Part shown: piece by piece, positions 40,580 to 51,600 of the stretch
Layout of the letters: each line of letters starts with the position of its first letter
Position numbering within the stretch: the stretch's first letter is position 1
From: Octopus sinensis
Taxonomy: Eukaryota
NCBI RefSeq assembly: GCF_006345805.1
Contig: NC_043013.1
Location: forward strand, 50,034,001-50,098,000
Reading direction: 5' to 3'
Length of the DNA: 64,000 bases
Position numbers and translations under genes: made by a program
Notes under the pieces: model-generated
Databases searched by the model: none
Told to the model about the DNA's origin: nothing
Seen by the model: the letters and a program-made list of their open reading frames with translations, nothing else

Positions 40580-43500
40580 CTTTATATATAAAACTGAAGT
40601 TGTGTGTGTGAGTGTCTGTCTACTCCGATTTACTCCCACATTTTGCGGTGCAGTTTAACCAAAAGCGGGTATCTTATAGTCGTGATTCATATCAAGCCCT
40701 TCTGGGTATTAGCACGCGTCTACAATGAGTCTACGATTTAAAAAAAAAATTACCATCATTTTCCCACATTTTTAATGCATTTTTTGCTCGGTTTACATAA
40801 GGGAAGTAACTCTCTAAAAATGCTTATATAGTTATTTCCCTTACAAACCCGAGCAACGCTGGGCGATACTGCTAGTATATATATATGTGTGTGTGTGTGT
40901 GTGCGCTTATGTGTCTGTTTTGAACATTATTGGAAAATAATGCTCTGTGCTTTTTTTTTTCCCATAACTTTGTTCAGCAAATAGAAATCAAGATATAAAA
41001 AATTGATTGACTAAAATCTTTCAAGAAGGTACCTCAGCACACTGTTCTCCAATGACTGAAACCAATTTAGAGTCTAAAATAAATTGAAGCTGTGGATTTT
41101 AAATTATCAGGAAGTGAAAATATTTAAATGTGCCGTCAGTGTTTTCAATATGATTCCACATGACAGCATTTGTGTTGACATAGTATGTAGATTAGCATCT
41201 ATTCATTGTCCCATCGAAATTCAGAGTTTCATTGGTACCATTTTAATTCTGTTTTCTGATTACTTCATCATCATCATCGTTTAGCGTCCGCTTTCCATGC
41301 TAGCATGGGTTGGATGGTTCAACTTGGGTCTGGGAAACCAGAAGGCTGCACCAGGCCCAGTCTGATCTGGCAATGTTTCTACGGCTGAAAGCTCTTCCTA
41401 ACACCAACCACTCCATGAGTGTAGTGGGTGCTTTTTACGTGCCACCAGCACTGGTGCCAGATGGGGCTGGCAACTGCCATGATCGGATGTTGCTTTTTAC
41501 ATCCCACCGGCACAGAGTCCAGTTGGGGCGGCACTAGCAACGGCCACGTTCGGATGGTTCTCTTACATACCACCGGCACTGGTATCACAGCTACAATTTC
41601 CATTGATGTTGATCGATTTTGATTTTGATTTTGATTTTTTATCTAGAAATGCCGTATTTAGTCACAGTGATACCATCTTCAAAGAAGACATAATGAACAT
41701 TCCTAGCCACATGGTTCCAGTTTCAGTCCCACTGTGTGGCACCTTGGACAAGTGTCCTCTATTATAGCTGCTGACCAAAGCCTTGTGAGTGCATTTGGTA
41801 GACGGAAATTGAAAGAAGCCCATTGTGTGTGTGTGTGTGTCTTTATGTCTTCACAACTAGTGACTTAAGCAGTTCAGCAAAAGGGACTGATCGAATAAGT
41901 AGCAGACTTTAAAAATAAGTTCTCGGATCAATTCATCCAAGTAATAGTTCTTCAAGGTGGGCTGCAGTCTAAGGACTGAAACAAGGAAAAATACAAGATA
42001 AAAGATAGATTCTCACTATCATAGAAAAAACTTACTTCCAGTCATACAGTCCTAATGGCCATGCACTAGAGCTAGGAAAATGGGTTCTGGATCTTTTCGG
42101 TTTGAACGGCAGTTTTTAACATAATTTCTAGGTAACTAAAAAATTTTAAACTTCGTATACTGGTAGAATGTGTTTATAAAACATCTTTTTCTCCTGGCTT
42201 TATTGAGAAAATCCTATAGTTTGTAAGATATTTGTTGTTTTTTTTCTTCAATTTCTGCAATTTCAACCAATCAAATACATCTATTGAGGTAAAAAAAACA
42301 TTCTGTGCCGTATGAATATGTCCCTCGTTTAAGAAACAGATTGGGTTTATTTACATTTGTGAATAAAAAAATTTACCCCAACTAACCCGTAACCCTAAAA
42401 CAGATTGAAATGCAATAGATTGATACTAGGGTCATAATTATGGGTGACAATTTCATATAATACCGCTAGAAAAAACTGCCGTTCAAACCGAAAAGATCCT
42501 GGGTTCTCATGTATAATGCACACTTCTGATATTTGGGTTACAAAGTCTGGGAAAATATGTATAATATATGCAAATAAATATGGTAGTTTAGACTTTTACT
42601 TTTACCCTGCCAAATTTTTTGATAATTTTTTTTTTTTTTTGACTTACTGAATGTTCATAGTTTTAATTTTTTTTTTTAATAATTTAACTTTCCTTTTTAG
42701 AAAGTGGTGGTCATGGTGGAGCATGTAGCTGGCCTCTACCTGAGGCTCCTGGTTATTATAAATCTGGACCGTCAACCAAATTTAAGATTTCAGCACATGC
42801 TGATGAACAGCAGGATAAAACCGAAAAGCCTCAGCAACAAACAGAGGAATCTGAAGAACAAACTAAGAAACCTGGGAAACATGTGTCATCAGGACAAGAC
42901 AAAAACATTTCTCTTCATGGTACGTTTACATTATTTTCCACTTGTGTTGCTTTTTCTATGGTTTTGTTCCACATTCATTCATCATCATCATCATCATCAT
43001 CATCATTTAACGTCCGCTTTCCATGCTAGCATGGGTTGGATGGTTTGACTGAGGACTGGTGAGCCAGAAGGCTGTACCAGGCTCCAATCTGATCTAGCAG
43101 AGTTTCTACAGCTGGATGCCCTTCCTAATGCCAACCACTCCGAGACTGTAGTGGGTGCTTTTTACGTGCCACCGGCACGAGGGCTAGTTTGGTGGTCCTG
43201 GCAACGGCCACGTCCAAATGGTGCTTTTTACGTGCCACCTGCACAGGAGCCAGTCCAGTGGCACTGGCGACGTCCTCGCTCAAAAGTTTCACGTGCCACC
43301 AGCACAAGTGCTAGTAAGGCGACGCGGTAACGATCACGCTCGAATGGTGTGCTTAACATGCCACCGGCACGAAGGCCAGTTTGTTGCTCAGGCAACGATC
43401 TCACTCGTATGGTACTCTTAGTGCTCCACTAGTAATGGATGTCGGTCACTGAGTTTGATTTCGACTTCGATTTTACTTGCCTCAACAAGCAGAGTTTTGT

Positions 43501-44755
43501 GTCCAATGAAGAAAAGGCACGCATAAGTGGACTGGTTACACCCCTAGCATAGGCCGCAAGGTTATGGTCACACTTGCGCTTGCCGAGTCTTCTGGAGCAC
43601 AGCATATTTCCAGAGGTCCTAGTCACTAGTCATTGCCTCTGTGAGGCCCAATGTTTGAAGGTTATGCTTCACCACCTCATCCCAGGTCTTCCTAGATCTA
43701 CCTCTTCCACATTGTTCATCATTATTTAACATCCATGTTTGATGATGGCATGGGTTGTATGATTTGATAGGATCTGATGTGCCCAAGGGCTGCATCATGC
43801 TTCAATGTCTGCTTTTGCAGCTGGATGCCTTTCCTAACACCAACCACCCTACAGTATGGACTGGGTACTGTCATGTATTGAACTCCTAATGGATATATAA
43901 CAAAAGCTGTATATTTGTTTAACCCTTTTGTTACCATATTTCTGTTGAGATGCTCTGTTTTTCTTTCAATTAATTTTAAATATAACAAAGAATTTAGTAA
44001 AATAACTTAGTTATCATTAAGCTAGTGTTAGGAACAGAAATTGTGACTAAGGTTTGGTGGAAGATTTTAATTCAAAACTTATGAAAACAAGACATTTATA
44101 CTACAGAGTCAGAGCCGGTTTCAGCCGGGTTGGTAACAAAAGGGTTAAATGATTAAAAACTGCCTGTCACATGGTATATGTAAGTTTTATGTGAAATTGT
44201 CCATTTATTTTTCTATATATTGCAATTAAAATAAACAGGAACACGTAATTGATTCCATCACAACAGGATCATGGTTGATGTTGTTACCCCTTCTCATATA
44301 TCCTGTTTTTGGTTGTACTTCCACTATAGTGAGATAGAAATTCACAGTTTATGGTTATTTGATCCTTGTTCCTATATCTGTGCTTATGAAATATGCAAAT
44401 TACAAAACTTGAAAATGGCGTCACCGGTAGAGCAAGGAAAGTCTTTTGCGGACATAAACTTAGAGTTGAAGACGTCTCAACCTGGCTTATGGCATTTGAA
44501 GCAAAAGTTTATGTGGACGAATTAAAGGATAACCTACAAGATAATCACCAAAGTCCTATGGCTATGAAATTCATTTCTTTGGTAGGTATAGGCGCAGGAG
44601 TGGCTGTGTGGTAAGTAGCTTGTTTACCAACCACATGGTTCCGGGTTCAGTCCCACTGTGTGGCACCTTGGGCAAGTGTCTTCTACTATAGCCTCGGGCC
44701 GAGCAAAGCCTTGTGAGTGGATTTGGTAGACGGAAACTGAAAGAAGCCCGTCGTA

Positions 44756-44799
<44 letters not shown>

Positions 44800-45768
44800 T
44801 GTGTGTGTCTGTGTTTGTCCCCCTAGCATTGCTTGACAACCGATGCTGGTGTGTCTATGTCCCCGTTACTTAGCGGTTCGGCAAAAGGGACCGATAGAAT
44901 AAGTACTGGGCTTACAAAAGAATAAGTCCCGGGGGCGAGTTGCTCGATTAAAGGCGGTGCTCCAGCATGGCCGCAGTCAAATGACTGAAACAAGTAAAAG
45001 AGTATACAAGCATTAAAACGTTATCCGAGATAAGAATATTATGAAAATGACTTATGACGACCTGAAAAATTCAATTCTTAATCAAGTTTCTCTTTGAAAG
45101 AAACTGTTGTTAGTTGAAAGAACAAAAATCTTCTCCACTATTCAATAATCCAATAAGTCAACATACTGTTTGAACATAAAACGGAGAATATTTTAGCCCG
45201 ATATGGCCAGTTTGAATATCTAACACAGATACAGGCATGGCTGTATGGTAAGAAGCTTGCTTCTCAACCACATGGTTCCAGGTTCAGTCCCTCTGTGTGG
45301 TACCTTCGGCAAATGTTTTCTACTTCAGCCTCTGGCCAACCAAAGCCTTGCAAGTGAATTTAGTAGACGGAAACTAAAAGAAGCCTATTGTTTGTGTGTG
45401 TGTGTCTTTGTTTTTGTGTGTTTGGCTCTCATTAAACAACTTGACAGCCAGTGTTGGTTTGTTTACAGCCCTATAACTTAGCAATTTGACAAAAGTAGCC
45501 GATAGAATAAGTACCAGGCTTTAAAAAAAATGCACTGAGGTTGATTCATTTGGCTAAAACGTTTTCAAGGTGGTGAAACAAAATAAAAAGATGCATTATA
45601 GAATGAAATTGAAGTAGACTTTGGATGCGACAAATGCACAAGAGTATTTAGCAGTAAAGAATAGTGATGGTAATGAATTTCTTCAAATGCTTGGAAGGCT
45701 CACCAGATAGAGTCGACCGATTTATTGGAACCAATCACACTGTCACCTGTTTGTGTTGCTGTCAATTG

Positions 45769-45801
<33 letters not shown>

Positions 45802-48596
45802 CCTTCATGATGCATTTTTTGTTGGTGGCTTCATCATCATCATCGTCCGTTTTCCACGCTAGCATGGGTTGGACGGTTTGACTGGGGATCTGGGAAGCCA
45901 GGAGACTGCACCAGGCTCCAATCTGATCTGGCAGTGTTTTCTACAGCTGGATGCCCTTCCTAACGCTTACCACTCCAAGAGTGTAGTGGGTGCCTTTTGC
46001 GTGTCACTGGCACCGCGACCAGAGGGTGCTGGCATTGACCATGATCGGTTGGTGCTTTTACATGCCACCAGCATGGGAGCCAGTTAAGGCGGCGCTGGCA
46101 TCAGCCACATTTGAATGGTTCTTTTCACATGCCACTGGCACAGGGATCCAGTTGGGGCAAGGGGGGCTAGCATCGACCACATTTGGATAATGCTTTTTTA
46201 CATGCCACTGGCACGGGGAGCCAGACAGGCAGTACTAGCATCAGCCACAACTACAATTTCCATTTGATTGTGCTTTGATTTGATGTTGATGTTGATGTAC
46301 TTGACTCTATAGATCCCCTCAAGCATGGCATGTCGCCCTACGATCCAAAAGATACTTTTTAAATGGGCTGGTTATGTGACACTGGTGTAGGCTACACCTG
46401 TGATCTCACTTTATTTGCCGGGTCTTCTTGGTCACAGCTTATCTCCAGGGATCTTGATCTTTCGTCATTGCCTTTGTGAAGCCCAGGCCATGCTTCACCA
46501 CCTCATCCCATGTCTTCCTGGGTCTCCCTCTAACACAGATTCCTTCCACTGGTTGGGAGTGGCACTTCTTCACACAGCTCTCCTCATCCACCTGTAGTAT
46601 ATGACCATACCAGCACAGACGTCTCTCTTGCACGCCACATCCAATGCTTCTTATGTCCAACATTTCTCTCAGGGTGCTTACACTCTGACATTACACATAT
46701 GGTGGATCATGCTAGCTTCATTTCTTTCAAGTCTATGCATGTTGTCAGCAGTCACGGCCCATGTTTCACTGCCATGACGCATGGCAGTTCACACACATGC
46801 ATCATACAATCTACCTTTCACTCTGATCGAGATGCCCTTTGTCGCCAGTAGGAGAAGAAGCTTCCTAAACTTTGTCCAGGCTATTCGTATTCTAGTGGTA
46901 ACACTCTCTGAGCATCCACCCCCGCAACTAACTTGGTCACGTAGGTAGCAGAAACTATCAACTACTTCTATTTTCTCGCCCAGGAGTGTAATGGAATCTG
47001 TTTTCTGGGTATCAATGGTGTCTATTGCCCCTGTGCATCTGCCGCACACGAAAGTTATCTTCCCGGTTAATCTTCCTTTGATGTTGCTGCACCTCTTATG
47101 TGTCCATAGCTTACACTGGGCACATCTTATGGAGTCTCTACCTACACCTTTATATATTCAGTTTCCTGCCAACAAGGAACACGTAGCTATTGCTGTCTCC
47201 ACTATCATCCTCTTTCATCTTTCACTTTCTTAGCCATCAGTCAACTTCTTTGCACAGACTCTATCATCTTTTCCTTGGAATATAATGGCTTCATACAATA
47301 ATAATGACCCTTTAGTGTTGCAAAAGACAAGACAACCTCTATCATTTAGTTTCACATCCATACACAGTCATCGCTCTCTCTCCTTTTTTCACTCTCTCAA
47401 TTATATTTGTTTTGAAAGAACAGACAAAGAAAATTAGAGGGAACCATATAGTTTTGAATGAGACATAGCAACCCCCACCTTTCTTCTCTCTAGTACCATG
47501 CTAAAATGCACCCAGTAGGGTTATCCATCCCATCTTATTTCCTAGGGCTTGATATTTCTGGTACTATATTATCTAAAATGTCCTTTTATCTTTGAAGACA
47601 GTAAAGTGTGATTTGAGACAGAATTTGGTTGCTATGTCTAGTTCTAGTGTTTCAAATAAATGTAGGGCTTAATGTTTCTAGGAGTGTAATGACTACAGTA
47701 TGGAGTGAAGAAAGATCTTTAGATGTGTTGTGGACATGATGACTTTTCTAGTGCTAATGTCCTAATAAAATGCTCCCGGGTGCACTTTATGATTGGTTGG
47801 TGTTATGCTAGTAAGGGAACATATGAGTCCATTCTGAAGGGAGTAATCTTTATATATAAAAGTGAGGTTGTGTGCTGTCTGTCTCCTACGATTTAGATTC
47901 CTAACTACTCCCACATTTTGCGGTGCAGTGTAACCAAAAGCGGGTATCTTATAGTCGTGATTCATATTGAGCCCTTCTGGGTATTAGCGCGGGTCTACGA
48001 TGAGTCTACGATTTAAAAAAAAATTTACCATCAATCTTTCCCATTTTTAATGCATTTTTGGCATATATAAGGGATGTAACTCTCTAAAAATTTATTATTA
48101 AATCTCAGAACGTAAAAAGCTACAGTAACACCCCACCCTTTGTGGTTAGCCATATTGAGATGGCTATTATACTTTACATCTCTAAAAATGCTTATATAGT
48201 TATTTTCCTTACAAACCCGAGCAACGCTGGGCGATACTGCTAGTACTGAATAAGAATTGACTTGGACTATGATGATCTTCCAACCCGTACATGTCTGGGA
48301 AGCAGATGTAGAATGGTGGTGATGATGATGCCAACAACAACAACAACAACTATCATCATCATCATCCTCATCTTGCACTTAAACATTAATTTCCATTAAA
48401 TGAATATGTATGCTTGTGCATAGGCGCAGGATTGGGGCTGTGTGGTAAGCAGCTTGCTTACCAACCACATGGTTCCGGGTTCAGTCCCACTGCGTGGCAC
48501 CTTGGGCAAGTGTCTTCTACTATAGCCTTGGGCCGACCTAAGCCTTGTGAGTGGATTTGATAGATAGAAACTGAAAGAAGCTCGTCGTATATGTGT

Positions 48597-48694
<98 letters not shown>

Positions 48695-51600
48695 ATGTGT
48701 TTGTGTGTCTGCGTTTGTACCCCCCCTCCAACATCGTTTGGCAACCGATGCTGGTGTGCTTACATCCCCGTAACTTAGCGGTTCGGCAAAAGAGACCGAT
48801 AGAATAAGTACTAGGCTTACAAAGAAGAAGTCCCGGGGATCAATGTGTTCGACTAAAGGCGGTGCTCCAGCATGGCCGTAGTCAAATGACTGAAACAAGT
48901 AAAATAAAAAATAATAATAATTATAATAATAAAAGGCGCAGGAGTGGCTGTGTGGTAAGTAGCTTGCTAATCAACCACATGGTTCCGGGTTCAGTCCCAC
49001 TGCGTGGCATCTTGGGCAAGTGTCTTCTGCTATAGCCTCGGGCCGACCAATGCCTTGTGAGTGGATTTCGTAGACGGAAACTGAAAGAAGCCCGTCGTAT
49101 ATATGTATATATATATATATGTTTGTGTCTGTGTTTGTCCCCCTAGCATTGCTTGACAACCAATGTTGGTGTGTTTATGTCCCCGTCACTTAGCGGTTCA
49201 GCAAAAGAGACCGATAGAATAAGTACTGGCGGTGCTCCAGCATGGCTGCAGTCAAATGACTGAAACAAGTAAAAGAGTAATAATAAGTACTAGCTGTTTA
49301 GGCTAAATTTGCATAAAAAGAGAAGAAAACACAAACGTAAAAGTATTTAAAAAAGTCAAAAAGTATCAAGTAAATTACGGCTTGAAGATAACAGTTTGCT
49401 CAAAGTAACTGCCTCAGCTTCCACCACAGCCTCAACACAGATCTGGAACCTGTTGCATTTAAAGACTTATCAAAAAATTTTTTCTCTTTTCTCAGCCTCA
49501 ACTGATGAACAGAGAGTTCAGGGTGAGAAGTCTAACCAACCAGCTTTCAAAACTACCACAGCAGTCGATAGGGGTGAGTAGAGGTTTTTTTTAAAATTTC
49601 TGTGTCACCTCTATAAGTGTATTAACATGTGGATGTAAAGCACATGCATGTATCCATGTAGGAGGTTGTGTATATCTGTTTTTCGGTATTTGTACATTTA
49701 TGGGGCAGCAAGCTGGCGGAATCATTAGCACACTGAGCAAAATGCTTAGCGCCATTTCATCCATCTTCACTTTCTCAGTTCAAATTCCACTGAGATCGAC
49801 TTTGCCTTTCGTCCTTTTGGGGTCAACAAAATAAGTACTAGTCAAGCCTTGTGCCAAAATCTTAAACCAATATTTGTGCATGTATATGTTCCTTGACATG
49901 TGTATAAACATTCATTTTGTTGTTTATTTTACTAATTCATAGTCCTTTAATCATCATCATCATCATCATCATCATCACCGTTTAACATCCGCCTTCCATG
50001 CTAGCATAGCTTGGACAATTTGACTGAGGACTGGCAAACCAGATGGCTGTACCAGACTCCAATCTGATCTGGCAGAGTTTCTGCAGCTGGATGCCCTTCC
50101 TAACACAAACCACTCCGAGAGTGTAGCTTTTACGTGCCACTGGCATGAGGGCCAGTCAGACAGTACTGGCAACAGCCACACTCAAATGGTGCTTTTTACG
50201 TGCCACCTGCACAGGAGCCAGTCCAGCGGCACTGGCAACGAACTCGCTTGAATGTTTTTCCACATACCACCGGCACAAGTGCCAGTAAGGTGACACTGGT
50301 AACGATGACGCTCGAATGGTGCTCTGGCAACGATCACGCTCGAATGGTGTTCTTAGCGCTCCACTAGCACGGATGCCAGTCATCGAATTTGATTTCGATT
50401 TCACTTGCCTCAACAGGTCTTCGCAAGCAGAGTTTCATGCCCAGTGAAGGAAAGGTATGCATAAGTGGGCTGGTTACACCCCTGGCATAGGCCACAAGGT
50501 TATGGTCTCACTTGGCTTGCTGGGTCTTCTCAAGTACAGTATCTTGGTAGATAAAGCAATTAAGAGTATGGAGACAGGGAAAGCCCCTGGCCCATCAGGA
50601 ATCACTGCAGAGATGCTCAAAATATACGGGTGACTATAGCCTAGTCACCCGTATAGTTAACCAGGTGATACACGAAGGAGTCATACTCAATGACTGGTGT
50701 TGCAGCACTATAGTCAACTGCTACAAAGGTAAAGGTGATGCTTTAGATACAAATAATTACAGAGGTATCAAGTTGTTGAATCAGGTAATGAAGGTAACAG
50801 AGAGGGTCATAGCCCAACTAATTAGGGAGAGAGTCAGTTTGGATGAGATGGAGTTTGGGTTTGTGTCAGGGAAAAGCATCACTGATGCTATATTTTTGGT
50901 AAGACAGCTGCAAGAGAAATACCTGGCCAAAGATAAGCCCTCGTACCTGGCTTTCGTTGACATGGAGAAAGCCTAATGCTGTTAGATATCTAATTAAAAA
51001 ATTCATTAGCTGATTTGCCTTACTGCCATTTTATATCAAATATTATTGTCTTCGAGTCATTCTGGTTGCACAGAGAATAAAGCATAGACAAAAGTTAACA
51101 AGTCACATTCATAGAGTCTGAGATTAGCCTTTACATTCAAATATGCTTTACTTTGTTCATATATTATCATAACCATATTTTCCTACAAAGAAGGGAAAAT
51201 TACACCTTTAAAATTTCATGTTGTGTTTACTACTATTTTTATTGACAAGGCTTAAAGATTTAATGTTCATTTGGAATTTTAATCTTCAAATTTGAGAGGA
51301 ACCCCTCCAGGGTATCACGTGCAGTTTTGTTCTACCTTTCTGACATTGTAGGTACAATTAGAAGACACAATTAAGGAAAAGTTGTATGAAGTAAAATTAT
51401 TCTGCAACTGGGAATAACTGGAGAAGAATCTATAATGATAGTATTTTTAACTCTGTCACATCATAAAATAAGGTTCTGAATACTACAGGGTAAAATCATG
51501 AATATTATATTGCACCCTGCTTAAAAATATCAAAAACTTTTTAAGGTTTACCATTTCTTGGTTCTGATTTGTAATAAATCTCACAACCACATAATTGGTT

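Noticed and set aside
44393-44614. Protein-like ORF ([21 protein letters not shown]...) as an extra exon
   Set aside because: No convincing polypyrimidine acceptor and the phase chain is complete without it. Origin unresolved; needs tBLASTn.
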